DNA from: a virus | Direction: 5' to 3' (one strand) | DNA length: 64,000 nucleotides | IMG/VR virus record: IMGVR_UViG_3300043418_000120 | Coordinates: 1 to 64,000 of that record | Part shown: positions 39,440 through 48,332 of the stretch, one piece after another | Numbering within the stretch: the stretch's first letter is position 1 | Layout of the letters: every line of letters begins with the position of its first letter | The notes under the pieces: generated by a model | Database searches by the model: none | What the model was told of the DNA's origin: nothing | Seen by the model: only the letters and a program-made list of their open reading frames with translations | Translations under genes and position numbers: made by a program

Positions 39440-39585
39440 GGTAAGCCTTTGGGAATTTGAAACAGGTCGAAGAGTAATGGTTATCGAACAGCATCTTGTA
39501 AGTCATCAAAATCATATGTGGAATATTTAGTTGACAAATATATACATGACAGGTATAATTGTCGTAATGAATTGAAAGGACACCA

Positions 39586-40209
39586 ATGAGAGAACCAGTC
39601 GTACAACCGATCTTTCCAACACCAATCACAATCTCCCAAATCGAACGCGACTTCACACCCGAAGAACGACAGTTCTTTGCCAGCCAGAACAGCAACCAAG
39701 CAAAGAACGTTGGTAATAGAATGGGCAAGGATAACTACGTGTTGAATCAACCAGCTCTTGCTGGCATCAAGCAAGAAATTGATGGTGTCCTGAAGCAATA
39801 TGTTGACAACATCATGAATCCAATCAGCAAGGACATTGAACTTTATGTCACACAGTCATGGTTGAACTACACAAAGGCTGGTGAATGGCACCACAAACAT
39901 ACACATTCTAACAGTGTAATCAGCGGTGTGTTCTATGTTGCTGCCGATGAGAATCTTGATAAGATTTGTTTCATTAATGACACTTACCGTACCATCAAAA
40001 TTCCAGCTGTTGAGAACAATCATTTCAACGCAGACACATGGTACTTCACAGTTAAAACAGGGTTGCTTGTCCTGTTCCCATCACACCTACAACACATGGT
40101 TGAGATGAAAGAAAGCAAGCATAAGAACACCCGAATCAGCCTTGCGTTTAACACATTCATTCGCGGCACCTTGGGTCAGAACAACGCACTAACGGAATTG
40201 AAATTATGA
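39586..40209 (+). CDS. 2OG-Fe(II) oxygenase (TIGR02466-like)
   Basis: IFPTPI, QSWLN, H..HTH.NS.ISGVFY, LFPS.L.H.V, RISLAFN; promoter TTGACA-17-TATAAT at 39531. Confidence 0.88.
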   Translation: MREPVVQPIFPTPITISQIERDFTPEERQFFASQNSNQAKNVGNRMGKDNYVLNQPALAGIKQEIDGVLKQYVDNIMNPISKDIELYVTQSWLNYTKAGEWHHKHTHSNSVISGVFYVAADENLDKICFINDTYRTIKIPAVENNHFNADTWYFTVKTGLLVLFPSHLQHMVEMKESKHKNTRISLAFNTFIRGTLGQNNALTELKL

Positions 40210-40685
40210 TGTTGAAAGAGATGCAAAAGTTTGCTAAGCACATGCATGGCACCTACGTGGCGTTTCAAGTTGATGCTCTAAGCGCAGCCAAACTTGATCA
40301 CTTCTGCCAGACACGATTGGGTTTAGGTCATGACAGAGTTCACGCTAGCAAGTACCACACAACAGTCATCTACTCACGTAGCCCTGTTCCTGATGCTGAA
40401 GACTTGTCCGAAAAGACAAGCGCATGGGGGAAGGCTATCGGCTATGACATTTTCCAAACAAACGGCGAGCGCTGTCTTGTTATGCTTGTTGAATGCGAAG
40501 ATGCTACTAACCTAAATGCTGCTCTCGGTCGTCGTGGTGCAACTTCAGACTTTCCAACATACAATGCGCACATCACATTGAGCTATGCATTCAACGGCGA
40601 CGAGCGCGAGCTGCCTTTGCCTGACTTCAGAATCACATACGATCGTGTTGTCGTTGAACCACTTGACCCTTTACACATAGATTAA
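40206..40685 (+). CDS. acb1: anti-CBASS 2H phosphoesterase (T4 gp57B/Acb1 homolog)
   Basis: GTYVA, HTTVIYSR, GATSDFPTYNAHITLSY and EPL match T4 57B motifs GLYVA, HSTICYSR, GATHDFDDYTPHITLSY and EPL (recalled). Confidence 0.85.
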   Translation: MMLKEMQKFAKHMHGTYVAFQVDALSAAKLDHFCQTRLGLGHDRVHASKYHTTVIYSRSPVPDAEDLSEKTSAWGKAIGYDIFQTNGERCLVMLVECEDATNLNAALGRRGATSDFPTYNAHITLSYAFNGDERELPLPDFRITYDRVVVEPLDPLHID

Positions 40686-40687
40686 AT

Positions 40688-40900
40688 ATGAATGAAATTA
40701 AAGAACAACTGCAAGAGTTACATGTAGCAGTAGTGGAACTTAAGACTGAGCGTGATCAACTACGCGAGCGTGTTGCTTATCTTGAGAAGCTCAACCTAAT
40801 CCTTGCTGAGAAACATTCAACATACCCATCACCATCCCCACTGGGACCAAACACTTGGCCAACACAACAGCCATGGGTTGTAGGTCCAACAATTGACTAA
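40688..40900 (+). CDS. hypothetical coiled-coil protein
   Basis: Heptad pattern; operon packing. Confidence 0.6.
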   Translation: MNEIKEQLQELHVAVVELKTERDQLRERVAYLEKLNLILAEKHSTYPSPSPLGPNTWPTQQPWVVGPTID

Positions 40901-40907
40901 GGAAACT

Positions 40908-41117
40908 ATGACAGATCCAGTATACATTGATCCACTTGTTCGTCTCAAACAAGAGCGCGAATTGAAGAAGGCAAAGAAGAAAGTCCGCAAGGAAGTTGCC
41001 TTGAAAGTAGGAGACAAAATGGCACGCAAGCTCGTGAAGCATGCGGCTAACAAAGTAATGAGCGACGCTTCATTTGAACAACGCATCATGAAGAAATCAG
41101 CAGCGAGAGGTGGATAA
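40908..41117 (+). CDS. small basic hypothetical protein
   Basis: AAGGA RBS; Lys-rich. Confidence 0.6.
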   Translation: MTDPVYIDPLVRLKQERELKKAKKKVRKEVALKVGDKMARKLVKHAANKVMSDASFEQRIMKKSAARGG

Positions 41118-41415
41118 GATGACGATTATGATTTTACATTTGATCACAGGTGAAGATGTCATCGGTGATGTAACACCAGCCAACGGTGTTCTTGAAGTTA
41201 AGAACGCATGTACCATTGGACCACGTCAAGATCCAAACACAGGGCAAGTGAAGATTGGCCTTGCACCCTTTAATCCTTACACTGAAGACAAGACGATTGT
41301 GATTTACCCACATGCTGTTGTGTCCGATGCTGTTCCTGCTCAGGAAATTGTCAACTCATACAATCAAGTGTATGGCGCTGGCATTCAAGTTGTGAGTTCA
41401 CTCGCAGGTCTATAA
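41110..41415 (+). CDS. conserved T4-like Sm-fold hypothetical protein
   Basis: LITGEDVIG...IGLAPF.PY...YNQVYGAGI. Confidence 0.7.
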   Translation: MDKMTIMILHLITGEDVIGDVTPANGVLEVKNACTIGPRQDPNTGQVKIGLAPFNPYTEDKTIVIYPHAVVSDAVPAQEIVNSYNQVYGAGIQVVSSLAGL

Positions 41416-41418
41416 GCA

Positions 41419-41742
41419 ATGGCTAATGTCTATCGTCTAAAAGAATGTCCGCATTGTGGTGCTGAGCATCGCAAGCGTGGACCCTACTGTTCTCGTAGTT
41501 GTGGCAACCACCGCACATATACTGAATCGCAGAAGGAAGACAAACGTGTTGCAATGCGCAAGTTTATGAACAGTGAGAATGAAGTTGCTGAGAAGCAACG
41601 CTGGCTGATCACACAACAACGCAGAGCTGACGGACGGACAGAGGCTGAGCTCTACGCAGAGATGGAAGAGTATGGTGTGATACCACCAACGGATATAGGC
41701 TTCAGCTACGAGAAGGACGCTGACGGCGATATCTGGTTCTAA
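41419..41742 (+). CDS. zinc-finger protein
   Basis: CPHCG.EHRKRGPYCSRSCGN. Confidence 0.65.
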   Translation: MANVYRLKECPHCGAEHRKRGPYCSRSCGNHRTYTESQKEDKRVAMRKFMNSENEVAEKQRWLITQQRRADGRTEAELYAEMEEYGVIPPTDIGFSYEKDADGDIWF

Positions 41743-41858
41743 AACCAAAGACTTACATTTCGATAACCCTACCATGTGTAGGGTTTTTCACATTGGTGCT
41801 TGCCTTTAATTCCGAACAGAGGTATAATCAATCTATTGAAAGACGAAAAGGATACGAT

Positions 41859-42275
41859 ATGATGAAGGCTGGCGTTTACTACATTGGTGACCTGTGCTAC
41901 GTGATGCATGATTGCTGGGATGAGTTCTGTGACCTTACTATCAAAGGCAATGAGTGCCTGAGTGGTGAGTTTACTATGAAGGATGGTCGCCGTTTCGCTA
42001 CCTACTCTACCAAGTATGGTGATGGTTTGTACCCAACAAACGTAGGCGCTAACCTTTCCGTTGATGCTGGTCTGATTGGTTGTATCCTTGTCAGCGACAT
42101 CCGTGACCCTGAAGCTACCGAAGCAGCAATGAAGTCTCTCGGCACTATCGTCGAGTTCGGTACTGACTTTGTTACTGGTGGTTCGCGCGAGACAGGTACA
42201 ATACAGTTTGGTCGTGTTGTTGTTGAGACAGGCGATTTTTATGATGATGAGGAAGATGAGTATGACTGCGAATAA
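41859..42275 (+). CDS. conserved phage hypothetical protein
   Basis: GVYYIGDLCYV...T.YGDG.Y...VDAGLIGC; start set by the header RBS. Confidence 0.75.
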   Translation: MMKAGVYYIGDLCYVMHDCWDEFCDLTIKGNECLSGEFTMKDGRRFATYSTKYGDGLYPTNVGANLSVDAGLIGCILVSDIRDPEATEAAMKSLGTIVEFGTDFVTGGSRETGTIQFGRVVVETGDFYDDEEDEYDCE

Positions 42276-42582
42276 TGCGTTGATGGTTGAACAACTTGGT
42301 CTGTTGGCTGAGAAGGGCGTGATGGTTCAAATGCGCAGCCGATTTGAGTATGAGGTGTTTGGTTTCTACAAGAGCAACAGCGTTGTTGTGAACCTGCCTA
42401 TGCAAACAGTAACAGCACGCTACGGTGAAGTTGATGAGTTTGCTGCTGAAGGTTTGTTTGATGCTTTGGTTGAACTCAACTACAGCTGGTGGTCGCGCAG
42501 CCATGCACGCTACGATGGTTGGTCCCGCCCATCCCCTGAGTGGGAAAAGTTGTTCGAAGCTGCTGGTCTCGAGGTCGATTGA
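42262..42582 (+). CDS. hypothetical protein
   Basis: GFYKS...ARY...W; RBS GAGG. Confidence 0.65.
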   Translation: MTANNALMVEQLGLLAEKGVMVQMRSRFEYEVFGFYKSNSVVVNLPMQTVTARYGEVDEFAAEGLFDALVELNYSWWSRSHARYDGWSRPSPEWEKLFEAAGLEVD

Positions 42583-42630
42583 CTTTAATTAGCAGCTCAG
42601 GTATAATTGTTGATCATTGAAAGGATTGTT

Positions 42631-42942
42631 ATGTCTAATTTTATTACTTTTTCCACAAATACCACAGCTGTTCCTGTAGAGGCTGGTGGAATTTTGAATG
42701 GGTATAAGCTCAACTCTATTCTACACAGTGGTCGCAAAATTTCTCTAGCGCAGAACGCCTATTACTACATCCCATACACAAACACAATTGTGTCTTTCCG
42801 CGGATCAAAGGCCAAAGCGATGGTTCGTAGCGATGACGGCAAGTACAGTTTCATCGAGAAATTTACTGACCGCAAAGGGCACTGGACTTTTAAGGTTGAT
42901 TCAGCCATGGTTCACGAGGCTGCGCTGACCATGTTCCGATAA
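42631..42942 (+). CDS. hypothetical protein
   Basis: Own promoter TTGACT-17-TATAAT at 42579; stop TAA is part of the next header. Confidence 0.7.
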   Translation: MSNFITFSTNTTAVPVEAGGILNGYKLNSILHSGRKISLAQNAYYYIPYTNTIVSFRGSKAKAMVRSDDGKYSFIEKFTDRKGHWTFKVDSAMVHEAALTMFR

Positions 42943-43022
42943 CCCTACAGCTCGTAGGGGCTTTACTTTAATTCGGATTCGAGGTATAATCAATCTATTG
43001 TGAGAAAAGAAAGGTTTTGATT

Positions 43023-43229
43023 ATGGGTTTCGAGTCTGTTGTGTTGGCTAAGGTTCGTGAAGTGTTGGTTGCTGTTCCTAGCTACCAAGCAAATTTTGTG
43101 AACGGTACGCTGTTCGTTGAGTGCTCTGTCCGTGACGCTATCCGTCTCGAGACAGCTCTGCTTGAGAAATTGCGCTGCGGCATCATCCTGAGTCGCGTTG
43201 GTGATGAGTCTGCGTTTGACTTTGTTTAA
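43023..43229 (+). CDS. hypothetical protein
   Basis: First gene after header 42940. Confidence 0.65.
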   Translation: MGFESVVLAKVREVLVAVPSYQANFVNGTLFVECSVRDAIRLETALLEKLRCGIILSRVGDESAFDFV

Positions 43230-43238
43230 GGGGCTGGT

Positions 43239-43385
43239 ATGAGAGTTTCGTTTCGTAATGTCCGTATCAATGAACTGTTCAGCTGCAATGGTAACCTATA
43301 CTACAAAAAGTCAAGCCGTACAGCTGTGCTGATGTCAGCCAACCGTACATTCTATATGTCACAACATGACAACTGTCTGATCTGA
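43239..43385 (+). CDS. 48-aa hypothetical protein (not in track)
   Basis: MRVSFRNVRINELFSCNGNLYYKKSSRTA...; AAGGGG RBS. Confidence 0.6.
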   Translation: MRVSFRNVRINELFSCNGNLYYKKSSRTAVLMSANRTFYMSQHDNCLI

Positions 43386-43392
43386 GGTGCTT

Positions 43393-43656
43393 ATGACAAT
43401 CAAAATGTATAAGAGTGAGTATGTGAGTAAAGAAGAAACCGCTCGCCAATGTGTTGTCGCTGAACAAGTGGCCATCGAGTTTCAGGAAGAGTTTGCTGCT
43501 ATGTGTGAGAAGTATAAGGTAGAATTCTCTGTTCGTGAAAAGACTAGCGGATATAGCACCTACGTGGAAGGCATTGATGTCGACTTTGATGGCATTTATG
43601 AAGATGGCACAACCGTTCGTCCATACTTTACCATTCAGTTTGGTAGCACAATCTAA
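43393..43656 (+). CDS. hypothetical protein
   Basis: GAGG RBS; operon packing. Confidence 0.6.
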   Translation: MTIKMYKSEYVSKEETARQCVVAEQVAIEFQEEFAAMCEKYKVEFSVREKTSGYSTYVEGIDVDFDGIYEDGTTVRPYFTIQFGSTI

Positions 43657-43665
43657 GGAATCAAA

Positions 43666-43848
43666 ATGAACATCCAAACTGTAGCAGAAAATCTGCGTAA
43701 CACAATCGCGGGCAAGAAGGCGATGTTGGCTGGCATCAAAGACAACGGCAAAGAAGGATATTATATACTGTCGCATATGCTGAGTATGAACATTGAAGAG
43801 TTGGAGAAAATTCTGGCTGATGTTGACCAATGTTTGGTGGAGCAGTGA
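43666..43848 (+). CDS. hypothetical helical protein
   Basis: AAGGA RBS. Confidence 0.6.
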   Translation: MNIQTVAENLRNTIAGKKAMLAGIKDNGKEGYYILSHMLSMNIEELEKILADVDQCLVEQ

Positions 43849-44186
43849 TGACCCTGACTGACTTGGTCTCTCGTCAAGGCAACAAGTGCTACTACTGCAG
43901 TTGCGAAATGAATCAGACTAAGAAGTCACCGAATCAAGCTACGGTTGAGCACTTGGTTGACAAGTGGTCTAGCCCAAAGCATCGTAAGATTGAATGCACT
44001 TCTAACCTAGTCGCTGCTTGCTTTCAGTGTAACAATAGTCGTGGTGCGGCTCGTAATAGAATTGCTCGCGACTACTACAAAACGCAAGCTGCCAAGAAGA
44101 GTATGAAACTGGCGGTGGCGTCTATCTCGAGTCGTCAATTGTATTCGTTGTTTGGTCCAGTACCACAAACCCTATTCGTCATGTAA
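43848..44186 (+). CDS. HNH endonuclease-like protein
   Basis: QGNKCYYC...ATVEH...NLVAACFQCNNSRG. Confidence 0.8.
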   Translation: MTLTDLVSRQGNKCYYCSCEMNQTKKSPNQATVEHLVDKWSSPKHRKIECTSNLVAACFQCNNSRGAARNRIARDYYKTQAAKKSMKLAVASISSRQLYSLFGPVPQTLFVM

Positions 44187-44195
44187 GGAATTGAA

Positions 44196-45221
44196 ATGCG
44201 TAAACTTGCTAAGATTGTTAAGATCGACAACCTGACACCCATCGATGGTGCTGATAAAATTGAAGTTGCCACTGTTGGTGGTTGGAAAGTTGTAGCCCAG
44301 AAGGGTCTATACAACGTTGGCGACTTGGCTGTGTATTTTGAGATTGACTCATGGATTCCAACCGAGTTGGCACCATTCTTGTCTAAGGGCAAAGAGCCTC
44401 GTGAGTTTGAAGGTGTCAAGGGCGAACGCCTAAAGACTATCAAGCTGCGTGGGCAGTTGTCACAAGGTTTGTTGATGCCACTGTCTGAAGTAATTTCTAT
44501 TGCTGGTTGCTGGTCACCAATCCAAGAGGGCGATGATGTTACAGAGTACTTGAACATCAAGAAGTGGGAAAAGCCAATGAATGCTCAGTTGGCAGGTGTG
44601 TGTCGTGGTAATTTTCCATCACTGATTCCAAAGACTGATCAAGAGCGTGTTCAAAACTTGAAGAAGGAAATTGGTGCTGCTCAGAACGATGTGTTTGAAG
44701 TCACTGAAAAGTGCGAAGGTTCTTCAATGACTGTGTACCAAATGGTTGTTGAAGGTGAGATGACATTCGGTGTGTGTTCACGTAACATGGACTTGAAGGA
44801 AACTGAAGGTAACTCTTTCTGGGCTACTGCGCGCAAGGATGACATTGAAGCAAAGATGCGTGCTGTTGATGAGTTCTGGTCATTCGCAATTCAAGGTGAG
44901 TTGATTGGTCCAGGCATTCAAGGTAACATCTATGGATTGAAAGAACCAAAGTTTGTTGTGTTTGATGTGTACGACATTCAAGCAGGTGAATACTTGCCAC
45001 CAGATGCTCGTCGTGAGTTGATTGCTGGTATGGGGTTGAACCATGTGCCAGTGTTGAACGAACGCTATGTGTTGACTCAAACCGTTGATGAGATCATCGC
45101 TTCTGCTGAAGGTCAATCGACCATTGCCAAGGTAGAGCGCGAAGGTATTGTGTTCAAGCAAGCCATGGGTGGATTCTCATTCAAAGCGATCAGCAACGCC
45201 TATCTTTTGGGCGAAAAGTAA
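44196..45221 (+). CDS. RNA ligase (DRB0094/Rnl5-type, N-terminal OB domain)
   Basis: RKLA...I.GAD.IE...VGGW, PKTDQER.QN, motif I TEKCEGSS, QGELIG, FDVY, REGIVFK, FKAISN. Confidence 0.9.
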   Translation: MRKLAKIVKIDNLTPIDGADKIEVATVGGWKVVAQKGLYNVGDLAVYFEIDSWIPTELAPFLSKGKEPREFEGVKGERLKTIKLRGQLSQGLLMPLSEVISIAGCWSPIQEGDDVTEYLNIKKWEKPMNAQLAGVCRGNFPSLIPKTDQERVQNLKKEIGAAQNDVFEVTEKCEGSSMTVYQMVVEGEMTFGVCSRNMDLKETEGNSFWATARKDDIEAKMRAVDEFWSFAIQGELIGPGIQGNIYGLKEPKFVVFDVYDIQAGEYLPPDARRELIAGMGLNHVPVLNERYVLTQTVDEIIASAEGQSTIAKVEREGIVFKQAMGGFSFKAISNAYLLGEK

Positions 45222-45294
45222 CCCTACCATCAGTAGGGTTACTGGTTTACTTTAATTCAGAACTCAGGTATAATCAATCTATTGAAACAAAGGA

Positions 45295-45666
45295 ATGATC
45301 ATGAACGACAACTACAGTATCCCCTCCTATACATTTGCTCGCTCTGGCGCTATCACCCGCGAGTTTCTGGCCAACTTACCTTTCCGTCTCTTCAAGGACA
45401 GCGACTATCTGGCATTCGCAGGCGTCGAGAGCCCAGTACCTTTGATCGCTGAGGTCGAAGGCGACTTTGAAAGTTTCATCGTGATTGTTGACGGTGATAC
45501 TGCTGAGATGTACGTTGCCAATGAAGATGGTGCATTTGATATTGTGGATGCTGTTGGGTTCATCTCAGAGTTACAGTATGGCCCAACCAAGGATGAGTTG
45601 ATTCGTGAAGCGCGCATCAAAATCAATGAGTTGCAAGCAACCCTGCGTAAACTGGAAGCCCAATGA
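45295..45666 (+). CDS. hypothetical protein
   Basis: First gene after header 45219. Confidence 0.7.
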   Translation: MIMNDNYSIPSYTFARSGAITREFLANLPFRLFKDSDYLAFAGVESPVPLIAEVEGDFESFIVIVDGDTAEMYVANEDGAFDIVDAVGFISELQYGPTKDELIREARIKINELQATLRKLEAQ

Positions 45667-46004
45667 TCTACGCATCCTTCAAGAAGCGCAAGCCACGTAA
45701 ACCCAACGCGGAACAGCGTGCTCTAGCAAAGTCATGGTCTGACATGGTAGCGCAGTACGAGCCCAAGAAACCTATTGCCCCATCCAAGGACACAGGATTC
45801 GTGTACAAGCTCAATGCGCCTGTTGGTCGCGAGACGCCTAAGATCCCATCACGCGCAACGGCTGGTGGTAATGGTTCATGGCGTCCCAACCCTGTCTACA
45901 CAGGCGACAAGATCAAGGGCATCGGCACAATGCACAAGAGCAACGCAGTGCCAGTGTTCAGCGACGAGGAAGCCCAAGACATTGCTAAGATGCGCCGAGG
46001 ATAA
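45663..46004 (+). CDS. conserved T4-like basic hypothetical protein
   Basis: YTG..I.GIGTMHKSNAVPVF...A.DIAKMRR motif. Confidence 0.75.
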   Translation: MIYASFKKRKPRKPNAEQRALAKSWSDMVAQYEPKKPIAPSKDTGFVYKLNAPVGRETPKIPSRATAGGNGSWRPNPVYTGDKIKGIGTMHKSNAVPVFSDEEAQDIAKMRRG

Positions 46005-46082
46005 CCCTACTGTTCGTAGGGGCTTTACTTTAATTCGGATTCGCGGTATAATCAATCCATTGAAACAGAAAAGGAAAACAAA

Positions 46083-46277
46083 ATGACTAAGCTCCCTCGC
46101 AACGTGGTGTCTGTAACTGTGGTTGATGGCGTAACCTTTACCGTGTACAAGTCTCGCAAGACTCCAAAGTCTACATGGCGCTCTGGCAAAGTCAGCCGTA
46201 CTGGTTCAACAGGTACATCTGGTTTTGCTATTGGTTTCCCAAGCCGCTCTACCATCGGTGGTGGTGTTCAGGAATGA
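46083..46277 (+). CDS. small basic hypothetical protein
   Basis: After header 46002. Confidence 0.6.
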   Translation: MTKLPRNVVSVTVVDGVTFTVYKSRKTPKSTWRSGKVSRTGSTGTSGFAIGFPSRSTIGGGVQE

Positions 46278-46453
46278 CTGTGGGTACAGACAACCAAACC
46301 TATGAGCAAGGCGTTGCCGATGCTCAGCTTGACCTGATGGGTGGTTGGGTTGATGAACACACAACAGCACAGGAAGTCATAGACCAACTGACAATTGCTG
46401 TTGGTGCCAGCCAAGAGTACATTCAGGGCTACTTGACTGTGGTTGGCGTATAA
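46274..46453 (+). CDS. hypothetical protein (59 aa)
   Basis: ATGA coupling; stop inside header 46451. Confidence 0.6.
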   Translation: MTVGTDNQTYEQGVADAQLDLMGGWVDEHTTAQEVIDQLTIAVGASQEYIQGYLTVVGV

Positions 46454-46521
46454 CCCTACTACTCGTAGGGGCTTTACTTTAATTCGGTTCTAGAGTATAA
46501 TCAATCTATTGAAACAAAGGA

Positions 46522-46722
46522 ATGATTATGACAGTCATCAAGGCAACTTCTTACGGTGAGATTGGTATTGACCCTGAAGCAAGTCCAGGCAACGGACAGT
46601 TCTACGCCATGACTTATGATGGCGAACTCAATGCCTGTGGTTACGAAACCGCAGAGGAAGCGTGGGCTGAACTTGAGTATGTCGCCTGTGGTATTGAAGA
46701 CGCTGTGTTGGAGGAAGTATGA
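46522..46722 (+). CDS. small acidic hypothetical protein
   Basis: After header 46451. Confidence 0.65.
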   Translation: MIMTVIKATSYGEIGIDPEASPGNGQFYAMTYDGELNACGYETAEEAWAELEYVACGIEDAVLEEV

Positions 46723-47003
46723 GTTTGCCAAAGTTAAAAGTCAAGCTGATGTTGCGCGATCCCAGCTGGACGCCTATCTTTGAGGATGGCAACCCATGGG
46801 CTGTGAACAAAGACAGCTACCTGATTGAGCAAGAACGCGAAGTTGAGGTTGTTCAGCTTAACCTTAACACTGGTGGCATGCGCATCCGCTGGAATGAGCC
46901 TGACGCCACCAAGAAGAAAGGCTACGTGGTTGAGAGCTGTGACATATCCATCGACCACTTCTACAAGCACTACCACATCATCCAGATGCCAGAACGCACA
47001 TAA
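46719..47003 (+). CDS. hypothetical protein
   Basis: GGAGG RBS; stop inside header 47001. Confidence 0.65.
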   Translation: MSLPKLKVKLMLRDPSWTPIFEDGNPWAVNKDSYLIEQEREVEVVQLNLNTGGMRIRWNEPDATKKKGYVVESCDISIDHFYKHYHIIQMPERT

Positions 47004-47078
47004 CCCTACTGTTCGTAGGGGCTTTACTTTAATTCGGTTCTAGAGTATAATCAATCTATTGAAAGACGAAAGGTTGAT

Positions 47079-47363
47079 ATGTCCCGCTCTTATAACCCAC
47101 TTGATTACATCCCCCACTTGATCGTCGGCTGCATCATCGCTATGCCTCTGTTCCTGTTTGTGTGTGCTATTGATCAAGGCTTTGGCTCCGATAAGGTTTT
47201 GGACACGTACTCAGGTCAGAAGTCAGTTTGTACTCGCTACCAGTTCAATAGCAGCTTGAAGGTTACCCAGTGTGTTGAGCGTGTGATGGTTGCTGCTACC
47301 TGTAAGAAGATTGAGCACACAGGTCCCGTGTTTGGTGTGTTCACCAATGAGCGTTGCGAATAA
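47079..47363 (+). CDS. membrane protein with Cys-containing exported domain
   Basis: N-terminal TM; single-gene cassette. Confidence 0.65.
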   Translation: MSRSYNPLDYIPHLIVGCIIAMPLFLFVCAIDQGFGSDKVLDTYSGQKSVCTRYQFNSSLKVTQCVERVMVAATCKKIEHTGPVFGVFTNERCE

Positions 47364-47437
47364 CCCTACAACCTGTAGGGGCTTTACTTTAATTCGGAAC
47401 TCAGGTATAATCAATCTATTGAAACAAAGGGCTGATT

Positions 47438-47584
47438 ATGAAAAACTACGTGTTTGTGACTGATTCTGAACTCGCTGAATTCTTGAAAAAATTGGGTGAC
47501 CTGTCGCTTGAGGCTGATACCTTTGAAGTGGCGTTGGCTGCTTTGCGTCTTCAAACTTTGTTGAAAACCGCTTACGGTGTGTGA
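47438..47584 (+). CDS. 48-aa microprotein (paralog of 35167..35313)
   Basis: MKNYVFVTDSELAEFLKKLGDLSLEADTFEVALAALRLQTLLKTAYGV; single-gene cassette. Confidence 0.75.
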   Translation: MKNYVFVTDSELAEFLKKLGDLSLEADTFEVALAALRLQTLLKTAYGV

Positions 47585-47672
47585 GTGAATAAACCCTACT
47601 ACCCGTAGGGTTATCGCTTTACAATAATTCGGATTGGTAGTATAATCAATCTATTGAAACAAAAGGCTGACT

Positions 47673-48062
47673 ATGTACTCGTTCTCTCCACTCGCTTCTA
47701 TCCCTGCTTGCCATGATGGTTTCGGCATCATCGTTGCTCTGTGTATCTTCATCACAGTTATCGTTCTGATGAACGAAGCCGAGCTGTTCTTTCAGTGGTT
47801 CTTTGTGGCTACTGTGACATGTGTACTTGCTTACTTTGTGTCCTACAGCTGGACTGACCAGACGCCCAAAACCTTTGTGAATGAGAAGGTGACAGCTACC
47901 TTTGTCAGCTTTGAGGCTGAGGGCTACAAAGAGAAGTCAGGCAAGAGCTACGTAGACAAGCACTTCACCTATGTTGTGTACAATGTCAACGGCTCCAACG
48001 TCCTGTTGTCTGCTACTCCTGGCCAAACCTATCCACAATCTGTCATCCTGTACAAGAACTAA
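47673..48062 (+). CDS. two-TM membrane protein
   Basis: Two hydrophobic helices; single-gene cassette. Confidence 0.7.
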   Translation: MYSFSPLASIPACHDGFGIIVALCIFITVIVLMNEAELFFQWFFVATVTCVLAYFVSYSWTDQTPKTFVNEKVTATFVSFEAEGYKEKSGKSYVDKHFTYVVYNVNGSNVLLSATPGQTYPQSVILYKN

Positions 48063-48143
48063 TAACCCTACAGGCTGTAGGGGCTTTACTTTAATTCGGA
48101 ACTCAGGTATAATCAATCCATTGAAACAGAAAAGGAAATCGAA

Positions 48144-48332
48144 ATGAAACCTACAACATGGGAAGTTTGTTTTGACTATGGCCCACATATGAGTGATACA
48201 GTAAAGGTCAAGGCCAGTTCAGAAGACGAAGCCATTGCCAAAGTAGAGAAGGCGGCAGAGAAAAAAGGTCGCAGTATTGATATCAACTGGGCGAAATCAG
48301 CAGAGCAAGGTGTGGCGGAGGAATACGCATGA
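48144..48332 (+). CDS. hypothetical protein
   Basis: VKASSEDEAIAK; after header 48063. Confidence 0.65.
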   Translation: MKPTTWEVCFDYGPHMSDTVKVKASSEDEAIAKVEKAAEKKGRSIDINWAKSAEQGVAEEYA

